Assembly: GCA_951406725.2 (NCBI GenBank)
Contig: OX597823.1
Location: 3,224,001 to 3,288,000, forward strand
Reading direction: 5' to 3'
Origin: Octopus vulgaris
Lineage: Eukaryota
Length of the DNA stretch: 64,000 nucleotides
In this document: positions 12,233 through 24,700 of the stretch, in pieces
Layout: each line of letters begins with the position of its first letter
Numbering within the stretch: the first letter of the stretch is position 1
Translations under genes and position numbers: made by a program
Notes under the pieces: model-generated
The model's database searches: none
The model's input: the letters and a program-made list of their open reading frames with translations, nothing else
Told to the model about the DNA's origin: nothing

Positions 12233-12901
12233 TTTCAGTATTATGTGTTAAAAGTGAAACAAAAACATTTCTCTATTTTATGTCAGATACTTTCACTTTA
12301 ACAATAAAAATTAGAGATAATAATAAAAATTGAATTATATGTAGTAAGTAATAATTAAAATCAAACTAAAGTATAATATATTCGTAACATAACAAAAGTA
12401 AAAATAGCAATTGGTATAAAATTGCATCAATGACTTGAACTTGAATAAGTGGTTTCTCATGAATGGGAATAAATTAAAAATAAAATTAGCGTGCAGAAAT
12501 AGAATAGTCCAGATGGAGGTGTGCACATACCGTTTACTACGGCTTTTACATTAGATTATCTGCTAATTAGCTAGCTTTAAGTATCTATATGAAGTTTGGC
12601 TGTATGTAATGTCTGTTTTCTCGAACAGCCGCTTCTACTGAGTACTGCTGTTGGTTTATTTCTTATACATAAAGGACTATAGCTTCAACTGATTGATAAT
12701 CTATATATATATATAAGGGAAACGTTGTTGTGTTGCATTTGTTAAATAATTGTAAACTGTAACCCTCCCCCTTTGGGAGAAGGAGCTTTGGTTATTGTTT
12801 AAAATTTGAATTGTGTCCCTGTTTGGGGAAATTGACAATATTTTCACCGTTTACACGGAAGCATTTTTGTTAGAATGCCTTCGATAGAAGAAAGTCCAAA
12901 A

Positions 12902-13375
12902 ATGAATTTCGCTGCAGCCGTCGGCGGGCGCGAACTCATTAAAATTAAAATGGAAGAAATACAAACCTATTTCGGATTGATAACCAACAAAGACGGTGAG
13001 TCTAGGATAACACCACCAAACGAAATAAAAAATTAAATTAAAGAAAAGACTATTGTCTATAAAGTATACAATGTAGAGAAAAAAAAAAAGATTTGAACAC
13101 CTGGAGGAAAGCACCATCGAAAAGTGTCTTGGTGCGACTATGAAAGATATCTAACCAGAGGCGGTAAATTCGGCACAATAGAGCCAAGGTTCGAGTCAAC
13201 GGAGCGTGCAAGGGGGTACTCGACTCGAACCTTGCAAAGTGGAAATATTTTATTTTTACCTTTAAAAATCTCCCCCCAGAAGTAGATGTAGGCTGGATTG
13301 TAGCCATACTTCTATACAAGAGGGAGGACAAGATACAATTGATCGAAATTACAAGAAACGGGCCTACAATTCCAG
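12902..13375 (+). pseudogene. Disrupted coding fragment resembling Tx1/L1 LINE ORF1
   Basis: MNFAAAVGGRELIKIKMEEIQTYFG...*IKEKTIVYKVYNV...RGGKFGTIEPRFES...KNLPPEVDVGWIVAILL with stops and frameshifts. The FAAAV start and LPPEV RRM-like motif are typical of such ORF1s. Confidence 0.5.
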
Positions 13376-13769
13376 TCTGTTATATATTTTGAGTATTGTT
13401 ATCACTAGCGATATCAAGATATAACTTTGTATTTTGTATTTTATGTGTAGATGTATATATATATATAGATGTACATGTAATATGTACACATATATACATG
13501 CACTAGCACTATGACCTGGCAATGACGGGTTATAATGCTAGCGTATGTATATATGTATGTATGTGTATATATTTGTGTGTCTGTGTTTGTCCCCCCAACA
13601 TTGCTTGACAACCGATGCTGGTGCGTTTATGTCCGATAACTTAGCAGTTTGACAAAAGAGACTGATAGAATAAGTACTAGGCTTACAAAGAACAAGTCCT
13701 GGGGTCGATTTGCTTGACTAAAGGCCGTGCTCTAGCACGGCTGCAGTCAAATGACTGAAACAAGTTAAA

Positions 13770-14013
13770 CCGTCCGTGGCCACATCTGTCCGTGGCCGTT
13801 TGCCAGCTCCGTCTGGCACCTGTGCGGGTGGCACATAAAAAGCACCCACTACACTCACGGAGTGGTTGGCGTTAGGAAGGGCATCCAGCCGTAGAAACAC
13901 TGCCAGATCAGACTGGGCCTGATGCAGCCTTCTGGCCTCACAGACCCCAGTTGAACCGTCCAACCCATGCTAGCATGGAAAGGGGACGCTAAATGATGAT
14001 GATGATGATGATG
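13770..14013 (+). mobile_element. RTE 3'-tail copy
   Basis: Conserved tail and (GAT)n at 13994-14013. Confidence 0.85.
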
Positions 14014-14014
14014 A

Positions 14015-14245
14015 AAGATAAGGAAATAACTTATTCTCAAACACATGATAATGCTAATAATATAGCAACATCGAAAAATAGCTTAGGAATGAGAACCCAG
14101 GTTCGAAATTTCCCTAACACACCTGATGAAGGCTGGAAGTTATATCAGCCAAGATGTTGCGATAGCAACAAACAAGATGAGGACAAATATCCGTCAATTG
14201 TAAATAATGTAAATAATTCCTCATCTCTTAAATATAGATCTGAAA
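14015..14245 (+). mobile_element. Penelope-like terminal fragment with degenerate minimal hammerhead motif
   Basis: AACACAC-CTGATGA-A-GGCTG-gaagttatat-CAGCC-aaga-TGTTGCG at 14116-14161. Confidence 0.5.
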
Positions 14246-15299
14246 CACAAAGATGCATAAATATATAGGCACACACACACACACGACAGGCTTCTTTCAG
14301 TTTCTGTCGACCTGTGGTTGGGAAGCAAACTACTTACCACACCAAGACTTTACAGCCAGATGCTCCTTCTGTTACCAGCTCTTAACTGTTTTATAAGTAA
14401 GGGGTTTATTTGTATGTATGTATGTGTGTATATATATATATATAATACATTAAAAGTCAGCTTGAATCATGTTTGCTTGCTTGCAATGTTACCCAGCCAA
14501 ACCGGTGCATAATGGGAAAATACTATGAATTAAGTTGCCCCTGAAATGTTAATAAGAACAGAATAAAACAAATTTTGTATATCTTAATCGTTAAAGGGAA
14601 GAAACTCTTACCTTTCGATTAGACACAGTGACTTGACAATGAAAAAATACAATTTATTTTTTACAGTAAATGTTTCTATTTTCACTTTTGTTAAACAATA
14701 TTTTAATCATTTAGAAATATTTTTAAGTGAATGTAATATCAAAAATATAAGTTTTGTTCAGTAAGTATTTATATTTTAGCCTTCTTTAAACAGACAATAT
14801 TTTAATGTTTTTTAAAATTATTTTCAAGTGAATGCTTTTACATGCCACCGCCATTGGTGCCAGGGGAGGCTGGCAGTGTACAAAATGTTTTTTGACATAT
14901 TTAAAAAATATTTTATGGTAAAAATGACTTTAAAAATACAGTAAATATTTTGTAAAAGACCTGTTCGTAATGTTGGTGTGAAATAATTTTTTCCATTGGG
15001 TTTTTTAGAGTGCATTCAACGTATCTCACCTCCAAAGGTTTGACTGCTATTTCTGGCATGCCCTGCTACCACGTAACAGCTATTTGTGATAAAGGACCTG
15101 AAATACCTGTTATGTGGTAACGGGGCATGCATGAAATAGCAGCCAAATCTTTCCTTTTCTGGGGAAAGGAGCTGTTTATGCGTGATTTTGATGTTACGTT
15201 TGTTGAAAGCATGAGAAATAACCTGGAAAAGAAAAAACCCTACAAAACAAAATTCCGTTGCTGGGAAACTCAGAGTTTCCCAGTGACCCAACAGGTCAC

Positions 15300-15565
15300 G
15301 GGTAGTCTTGTATGTATCCCCATTGGAGGATACTTTGGAGATTTCCATTCATGGAATGAATGTGGGATTGTCATGTATTTAGGTTGCAAATGGATGATAT
15401 ATGATTAGGGAGGGTTCAGAAAGGATGAAGTGGAACATCACCTGTGGATGATGATGATGGCAAATATTGATGTAGAGAAGGATGAGAGTTGGGTGGGTGG
15501 GGGACAAAACTGAACCCTTGGGGCCTGCATGAGTTGACAGAGTGAGGAACAGTACCATCAGCAAA
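15300..15565 (-). mobile_element. Highly decayed LINE reverse-transcriptase fragment
   Basis: Minus strand PQG/SVLSPT...LLYINI resembles RT motif GVPQGSVLSPTLFLLYIND. Confidence 0.45.
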
Positions 15566-15690
15566 GCTCATAACTGAAAGCTACTAATTTTCTTGTAAAA
15601 TAATTTTATAGTTTATTTCATGCACTTTGATGAAGCAGTTCCTATTTTTTATTTTATTATTTTTTTCTTTTTGGTCTTATGCTTAATTGT

Positions 15691-16202
15691 AGTAAAGATT
15701 GTTTGCCAACATAACATGGCAGTCCTGGTTTAGGACAAATGTTGCTGTAATTTAGCTCCAAGAGACATCAATTTCCAGGTTTTTTCCCTTCATCAGCACA
15801 GAATAATTGTTCAGCTAGAGGTGGCGCTGCCAAATTCCAGTTCAGAATATATAGTTTTCAAAGTCACAACTAGTCACTGATCTATAAATTAGAAAATTAA
15901 TATTTTTTAAATCTCACAATGTGAGATATTCAGCAACAATACTTTGTAGTAAAGATTGTTTGCCAACATAACAATCGCAATACACAGATATTGTTTTGAG
16001 CTGAGTGGGGGTGCTAGATTCCCTTATTTGAAAATATAAGGACACAGATCGTGTTGTATAGCCAGCTGGAGACGATGTCTCCTGGGGCTAAATTATAGCA
16101 ACATTCGTCCTAAACCAGGACTGCCATGTTATGTTGGTAAACAATCTTTACTACGAAGTACTATTGCTGAATATCTCGTGTTGTGAGATTTAAAAATAGT
16201 AA
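15691..16202. mobile_element. Foldback insertion with 14-bp target-site duplication (Penelope-like)
   Basis: TTATGCTTAATTGT at 15677-15690 and 16203-16216. 16065-16155 is the reverse complement of 15689-15780, and 16130-16203 of 15897-15972. Confidence 0.75.
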
Positions 16203-16261
16203 TTATGCTTAATTGTTTTTAACTTTATGGAAAGCTACATATAAAATCACAGCACTGCTAT

Positions 16262-16497
16262 AAACTTTAATCATTTAGAATTTAAACTGGCCATTGCTGG
16301 CCCAAATATTCTTCCTGTTTTCTGTTCAAGCTGACCAGATCTGGCTTCTCACACTTCTCCTTTGATAAGTCAATGTCATTCTAAAAAATAAACATCATAG
16401 AAATCTTGAAGCTACAAGATAATCCCATGATCAATTCAAAACAATGTGAATAATAAGCATTACATTGGACAGAGTCATCTGAATGCTAAAGAGTTTA
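16262..16497. mobile_element. piggyBac-like MITE (TTAA-CCCTTT...AAAGGG-TTAA type), degenerate
   Basis: Shared body TTTAAACTGGCCA...TGAATGCTAAAG; sister copies at about 28020-28243, 46792-47527 and 60625-60795. Confidence 0.55.
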
Positions 16498-18276
16498 AGG
16501 GGTTAGGGTGATAAAAAGTAGCCTGGTGCTTCACACTGGCCATGTATGCTTTAGGGTTTAGTCTTATCAATAGATGAGCTTATTTTCTTTTGATATGAAT
16601 GAAAACTGATTGCAAAACATTTTACAATGAATGAAATTTAAAAAGCAAAATCATCTGTTTTTCAACTATGAAGCACATGGATTGTTATTTTGACTAGATG
16701 TAGGTTAAAAGAAGTAGTTGTATATTGCCAGTGTGATATGATTAGTTTAGTGGGTCAGACAAAGCAAGTTTGGGTTAGTAACCAGGTAAAAGATTAATTA
16801 TTATGTGCAAGATAAAATTGGTTGAGCTACAGGTGTGGTTTGTGAAAGAATGAATAATATATAAAAAAATTGTAACAGGCGTCCGTGTTATTCTTACGCT
16901 AGTGTGTTGTTCTCTGCTAATTCTGTGTCACTTCAACCTAAACGTGATTTTGCTTGTCTCCGTCCCTCCTACTCTGTCTCTTTCTAGCCAGATCCTCTTC
17001 TAAATACATTTCTCCAATCCTTCATCTTCACACAATGATACCCATCTGTTTCTACCATCTCCAAACCTGTAACAATCCAAAACAGTAGTCATTATATTCT
17101 TTAATATGAAACAACCTGAATATAAACTATTGGCACTGTCCATTCTCCAAAGGCTGACAGATAAGATTGTATTAAACACATCCTGAGTGAGTGCCTCTCA
17201 CACATCTTGAAAGTCTATATACTTTCGAGTTACCTGGTTCTATAATGAGAAAATTCTATAGAAAGGTTTTTGGCTTATGATAATTAATTATATTCATGGT
17301 TGCGTTTTAATGAAATGATTTTTTTCACTTCATCATCAAATTTTGCTGGTTGTTATCCAACTTCCATTTCAGTGTTAGTCTCAAGGCTCTTCTCCCTGGC
17401 TGCCTTTGTAGACTTTATATCTAAACCTCATACTGTTCCGTTCCAAAAACCCTGCTTAGATCCTCAAAAGATCTAAAAGTCCTGACCGTGTGCTTTATAT
17501 CTCAGAGTTGGGTTCATGCTAATCTCTCACAAACTCAGCCCTGTTTTTATTTCCTTGTGGTTTCCATGTCAAACACTGTATTGCGATTCTTGTGGTGCTA
17601 CCCACAAAACTATGTCCTCATATAAGGCTCGTCTTTTCTTCCTGGTACCAGTTGGAACCCTTCAATGAATAGACATCACAGTGAAATCTATAATTGATTT
17701 GAATTTATCTCCTTTGAACCTATTTTATGAACTACAGGTGAAGCTGACTTTAAGGAGATTTAAATTCAAAAATCCAGACACACAACACTATCATAGCTTG
17801 AAACAATCCTATTAATCTCTTAATGACATTTTTACTATTTCACTCTGGGGCTCAGATTCTGTTTCATTAGTACCCAACATCTGGGTATTTATTGTCCACC
17901 CACACCAGTAACTCCTCTTTTCCTCTCCAGTAAACACAACACTTCAGGTTGATGAGTGCAGATTAACAGAAATACACCCAAATATTTTATTGTATGCCAA
18001 ACATTTCCACTGACCAGGTTTTTACAATCAATCCGAGTGGTCCTACTTCGCTTGTTTGCACAATGGGAGAGGAATGTCTTTCATCAATGGGAAACAGGGT
18101 TCTTGTTTCATGTACAATGTTGTTTTTCTTTTTGCTTGATTTTATATCAGAACCGGGCTTTTTTATTGATTCACCCCCACCCCAGTGGTTTTTATCTTTA
18201 AAACTAAACACAGTGAAATATTTTATTTTTACGAATGATACTATTGCAACTTTGTGTCTTTCTCTTTGTTTTACAG

Positions 18277-18385
18277 GTTTGTTGTGTTCCTGTAATGAAT
18301 GTACAAACACAAACACATGTAATACAACAGGGGTCTGCTATGCACTCATGACGCGGAGAAAACAGGGCAAGAAACTTATCTATAA
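18277..18385 (+). CDS. TGFBR1: Receptor exon A: N-terminal half of ectodomain, (G)[35 protein letters not shown](N)
   Basis: Acceptor tttgttttacag|, donor |gtgagt; 109 nt, phase 1 to 2; 5 Cys in type I receptor spacing. Confidence 0.9.
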
Positions 18386-18715
18386 GTGAGTATTTGTCTA
18401 ATGACTTTCACCTCTTTTCATTTGTTTACATCATTAGAGATAATATGCTGATTGATGTTGTTGTTGGTGGTGGTGGTGTCAAGTAACTTCCATCTGCTTT
18501 GCTTGAACTGATCTCTAACCGTATGAGATGTTTTGGCACAGTCATTTTTGCATCGTTTAATTGACATCGTCGATTTGATGTTGACTTATTGACATGAGAC
18601 ATTTTAATGTGACTCTTATTTTTTTCTGCCTCTGTTATGTGTGTGTGTGTGCAGAGAATATTTCTCTGTGAGGAGAGGAAAAGTATTTGCATTGATCCTG
18701 TTCAATTAATAAATT

Positions 18716-18755
<40 letters not shown>

Positions 18756-21700
18756 GTATGTATGTGTGTGTGTGTGTATTTGTCTGCGGAACCAAAAATT
18801 ACTCTTGTCAAAACAGGCTGAATATCCAGTCAGTCAGTGATGCTGGTTAGGGAGCTTGCTTCCTAGCTATATGGTTTCGGGTTCAGTCCCACTGCGTGGC
18901 ACTCTGGGTAGGTGTCTTCCACTATAGCCCCGAGCCGACCAGAGCTTTGTGATTGAATTCGGTAGGTGGAAGTTACTGCCGTGTGTGTATGTGTGCGTAT
19001 AGCTGCTCAGTGCCTCTCCGAAAGAGAGAGAGAGAGAGAGAACTGCTGCACTTGATCATTTCATTCTAGAATTCCGAAACAGAGATGGAGTGAATCATCA
19101 TCACCATTCATTTTCCATGCTGGCATGGGTTACACAATTTGACAGGAACCGGCAAGGCTGGAGAGCTGCACCAGGCTCCAGTTGTCTCTTTTGGCATGGT
19201 TACTATAGCTAGATATCGTGTGGTGTGCATGCTGTATACATTGCATCAGCACAGGTGTGTTATATTTTATGTGGTACCAGCCCAGTTGCTTTTTGCAATC
19301 TATCAATGCTTCAGTTCAGTTTGGAACTATCATGTTATTATATATTATTATTTTGTGAAGACACATGGCTCAGTGGTTAGAGCATCGAGCTTACGATTGT
19401 GAGGTTGTGAGTTCGATTCCTGGACTGGGCTGCATGTTGTGTTCTTGAGCAAGACACTTTATTTAACATTGCTCCAGTTAACTCAGCTGTAGAAATAAGT
19501 TGTGACATCTCTGGTACCAAGCAGTATCGGCCTTTGCCTTTTCCTTGGATAACATCAATGGCGTGGAGAGTGGAGGCTGGCATGCATGGGCAACTGTTGG
19601 CCTTCCACAAACAACCTTGCTCAGACTTGTGCCTCAGAGGGTAACTTTCTAGGTACAATCCTCACTTTGTGAAAGTTAAGTTATGTTAAACCAAACTCTT
19701 TAGTCTTGCAGAGATAACCCCTTTAGTGCTGGTGCTGGTAGAACAGCAAAATCTTCTCAGCAGGCCATAAAGTGGTTGGCGATGGACCAGAGAGAGCAGA
19801 GGGTAGAAGAGTTCTTTAATTTTGTGTGGAACATCACAACCTGGTCCCACATTAAAATGCTTTCTGTACATTCTTGTAAAGTGATTGTTGTTAGGAAGAG
19901 CATTCCTCATCCAACCAAAGAAACCATGTCAGAATGGTATGTAGGAACAAAATGTGGTCCCTTGATCTATGAGGGCAATAACGGAATAAGAACTAGCTTG
20001 AATTCTGACAACTTGCCCAATCTATGGCTGCAGACATAAGGTGGTGGTGATGATGATGATGATAATGATGGTGAACTTGTCATAATGGAGCTCAAGGATA
20101 AGTTAAACACAAAACAAAGCAGCAAGTTAAAACTTCAAATTTTATCGCTGTCACCATTTACAAGAGCAGAAATGGAGACATTCTTTCGAGCATCAAATTA
20201 CATGTAAAAAGTCGTTGGTGAGTCGATAGCTGGGCTAGTCATAAAATGTCAACTTTCTAAGCTTGTTATTAATTGGTGTTAACCTTGAAACTACGTACTT
20301 GGGAACTTTGGCATAATCATACTACATGACAGTGTGTAGAATTATATTTATATATAGATATTAATACTGAAGTAATTCAGAATGGTTTTGGTCGTGGCAG
20401 CAAGGTCTTGTCGACTGACCACTATCTGAATGTATATATACTTCCTATAGATTTCTTTATATTGCCCTGAAAAGATTTGAAGGTTTATATCAGTAGTTCT
20501 CATTCAAGGTCCATATAAGATTTTTAAGGGTCCATGCAAGCAAAATAGTCAATTGGTGATCCACGATAATATTTTAAGGGTCCATGAAAAAATTTTGCTT
20601 TAGATGTATTTATTGTAAGAAATAGCTAGATTTCTTTCATCATCGTCATCATTGTTTAACATCCACTTTCCATGCTGTCATGGGTTGGACAGTTTGAATG
20701 AAAACTGTTAAACTGGGGAGCTGCACCAGGTTCCAATCTGATTTGGCAAGGTTTCTATGGCTTGATGCCCTTCCTAATGCCAACTTCTCCAAGAGTATAG
20801 TGAGTGCTTTTTAGATGCCACCGTCATGGATGCCATTGACCTGACACTGGCATTGGCCACAACTACAGTCTCACTTGGCCTGACAGGTCAACATAAGCAT
20901 GGCATATTGCCAAGGGTCTTGGTCACCTGTCACTGCCTCCATGGGGTCCCAGTGGCATTTCTTTCTCTCACATTATACATAGTCCAACATGTTTCTGGCC
21001 TCTGAATCATGTTCTCTTAGGGAGTGTAACTGCAAACCTACCCAAGTGGATGGACAGAAAACAAATGTGGAATTTCAAAAGAACTGTCTATAAAACTAGT
21101 TTTTAAACATTGCGTTGCCAGAGCGGCTATCTGGCCTCCATGCCAGTGGCAAGTAAAAGACACCATTCAAGCATGATCGTTACCAGCATCGCCTTACTGG
21201 CACTTGTGCCGGTGGCATGTGTAAAAGATTCGAGCAAGGCCATTGCCAGCACCGCCTGACTGGCACGTAAAAGCACCCACTACACTCTCGGAGTGGTTGG
21301 CGTTAGGAAGGGCATCCAGCTGTAGAATCTCTGCCAGATCAAGATTGAAGCCTGGTGCAGCCATCTGGTTCGCCAGCCCTCATTCACTCGTCCAACCCAT
21401 GCTAGCATGGAAAGCGGACGTTAAACGATGATGATGATGATGATGATGAATGGTTAGTGGTTGGTGGTCCACCTGAACGAAATGGTAATCCAAGGGGTTC
21501 ATAGATAAAAAAAAAATGGTTGAGAATCACTGCTTTATATTTTGATGTTTTATTTATTGGCCTCCTGTAAGGAATATAAACTGCAAAGACTGTTTATTTC
21601 TTCAATGGAGCTATAAGAGATGCCCGATGAACTGGATCGGCTTAGGCTGAATATTATTTAATGTGCAAATGTTTATTTAATTATATTAGCTACACAACAA

Positions 21701-24700
21701 AGAAGATAATAATTATTACTTAATTAGTTTTGTTTGTATCAAAGTGGCCTTGTTTTAATTGGACCTTCTTCCAAGTAGGGAAGACTCTTCTCGTAGTGGT
21801 ATGTCTTTCCTTGGAAAACTGTCTGGATCCTTTTGAAGACATATTTGAACCCCTGGGAAGACTTTAGGTGAGGCAAGTGAATCTTCATTGCCTTCCATTT
21901 GTGAATTGTCTTTTACTGTTGCTTGCCAAAGATTAATTCTGCAATATTATTGTCAGGGGTTGATAAATTAAGTCCCAGTTGAGCCACAGGGTCAATGAAA
22001 TCCGCTACCCCCCCCCCCATCTCAGGCTTTGTGCCTAGAAGCACTGTGATCTACACTGTAATCTTTCACTATAGCTTTGCAAAATAGAAATAATGACAGT
22101 ACAAGACTTGTGGAAGGAAATGGTAAATTACAATAGGAAACTTTCAGGGGAACATTTTTATCATTAAGGAATTTTACCAAAATCCAATCACCAAGAAATC
22201 AAATAGTTACCTTAAACATTCAGTTATTAATGAATTTTTTTTATTTTCCATCTTATATCAAAATTAATGACAGTTTGGGAATTTGGGGTTATTCCATTTC
22301 CAAACATGGATACTTTTATTTTATATTGCTACTGCAACAGGATAAGTTATGGTTATCTGAATAAAGGTTAACAGCTGACCTTAAAATGACCTTGCCAGTA
22401 ACTTTTGAACTGTTGATCAGATTTAGCTGCAAACTTAAGAATTGTGCTTTTGGGTCAAAACCCAGACCTTATGTTCAATTTCAGTAAATTTGGGAAGGTA
22501 ATGATGCTATTGCCCAACTTCAATGAGTGATCTGTTTTGCCCAACTTCAATGAGTGATCTGTTTTGGAATCCTTCAAGCACTCAAGTTACTGTCTTCTCA
22601 GTGTCAAGACACTGTCTTCTCTTTAACAGATATTAAATACTCAGAATAGAATTGCCAAATGGTCAGTCAGTCAGTTACATAGATCTGAGTAGACACAAGG
22701 AAACAGCAGTTGGGATCATCATTGTCATCGCTAGCATTTGTTGGCATGGCAAGCTTTTGTTTGTTTGATCACCACCACCATTACCCTTGTATTCACATGC
22801 TTAGATCACAAATGGCACAGAATGCATCAAGGCTTTGTATAATATAGGATACAGTTAGATCTTAGACCATACAGAAGCTTGGCATACTTGATAAGATTGA
22901 TCCAGGAGGCAGACTCAAAGAACCAGTTCTCATTGACTGAGTTAGTTGGGGCTCCTCAACAGTGATTTCTCTCTTTGAATACATTACCAAAATCTGCACA
23001 GCATTTGTTGCATCAGCCCAGATCTTAATACCAGAAGTGTAAGTCTTGATCATAGCATCAGCCTGACTGTCCAGTGTTGTGAATTAATTTACTTTTATTC
23101 ATTTGATCTGTTACTTGTGAGTCGTTAATCTACCAATGTTAATTAACAATAGTTTCATAGAATTTGCAGGTTAATCCTGAATTAAAGCCGTAACATGTCT
23201 TAGATGTTGGATTGATGTGGTATGTCTTAATATGTATTGTTGTAGTTTTGCTTCAGGTGACCTGACACACACCACACGACACTGACAATAAAAGCAGCAG
23301 TGGTTTTGTCCCACTTCATCCCTCACCCAGCTGTTCTAGCCATCACAATGTAGTTAAGTCATTTTCATATTACTACAGCTGTTCTCACTCTCACAGATAA
23401 CATTGCAATGTTACTGCTGTTACCATAACAACCAACATGGCAACTTTACAACCTGTCATATACCACACCACTTGGCATCACTACAATACCATTGTACTGT
23501 AATGATTACAGTGTAGTCTTGAGCCTAGGTAATAATTTGCAAAATTGTTTGAAGGTTTGCTAGATTGCTTTGAATTCATTACAAAAAGGAGCCAGTCAGA
23601 GTGGGAGGAACTGGCATCGACCATGTTCAGATGGTGCTTTTTATGTGCCACGTGCACGGGGAGCCAGACAGGTGGAACTGGCAACAACCCACCCATGAAT
23701 GGTGCTTATTGCATACCATCAGCACGAGAGCCAGTCAGGTGGCACTGGCATCAGCCACAACTACAATTTCCATTTGATTTGATATGATTTTGATGTACTT
23801 GACTCAATAGGTCTCCTCAAACACGGCATGTTACCCTACAATCCAAGGTACTTTTGAATGCGCTGGTTATGTGACACAGCTGTGATTTCACTTTATTTGC
23901 TGGGTTTTCTCAATCACAGCATATCTCCAGAGGTCTCGGTCTTTCGCCATTGCCTCTGTGAAGCCCTATGTTCAATGGTCATGCTTCATCACCTCTTCCT
24001 ATGTCTACTTGACTGTGGCCATGCTGGGGCAGTCCCTCGAAGGGTTTTAGTCTATCATATTGACACTAATACTTATCATCATCATCGTTTAACGTCCGCT
24101 TTCCATACTAGCATGGGTTGGATGATTTGACTGAGGTCTGGTGAACCAGATGGCTGCACCAGGCTCTAATCTGATCTGGCAGAGTTTCTACAGCTGGATG
24201 CCCTTCCTAATGCCAACCACTCCGAGAGTGTAGTGGGTGCTTTTACGTGCCACTAGCACGAGAGCCAGGCAGGCGGTAATGGCAACGGCCATGCTCAAAT
24301 GGTGCTTTTTATGTGCCACCTGCACAGGAGCCAGTCCAGCGGCACTGGCAATGACCTCACTTGAATGTCTTTTCACATGCTTCCAGCACCAGTGCCAGTG
24401 AGGCGACGCAGGTAACGATCACGCTCCAATGGTGCTACTTATGTACCACCGGCACGGTGTGTGAAGCCAGTTTGTTGCTGTGGCAACGATCACGCTTGGA
24501 TGGCACTCTTGGCATTGAATTTGATTTTGATTTCGATTTCACTTGCCTCAACAGGTCTTCTCAAGCAGAGTTTAGTGTCCAGTGGAGGAAAGGTACGCAT
24601 TATATAAGTGGACTGGTTACACCTCTGGCATAGGCCACAAGGTTATGGTCTCACTTGGCTTGCCGAGTCTTTTCAAGCATAGCATATTTCCAAAGGTCCC

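Larger units (their letters stand above)
11900..13541 (+). mobile_element. Non-autonomous Helitron-like element with an internal duplication and a LINE ORF1-like fragment
   Basis: 5' TCTATATATATAAA...TGTCTGTCTGTG; 3' hairpin TATGACCTG-GCAATGA-CGGGTTATA followed by GCTAG; same 3' end at 43120-43160. Confidence 0.6.

Noticed and set aside
15812-15832. CTCF-like motif CAGCTAGAGGTGGCGCTG
   Set aside because: Only the 3' half matches the consensus and it lies inside a mobile insertion; cannot be supported from sequence alone.
21917-21945. Possible alternative Cys-box exon (as in Drosophila babo isoforms): TGTTGC...TTCTGCAAT
   Set aside because: CC and FCN are in different frames and no compatible splice sites were seen. 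By eye I found no duplicated ectodomain exon in these introns; a TBLASTN would be more sensitive.
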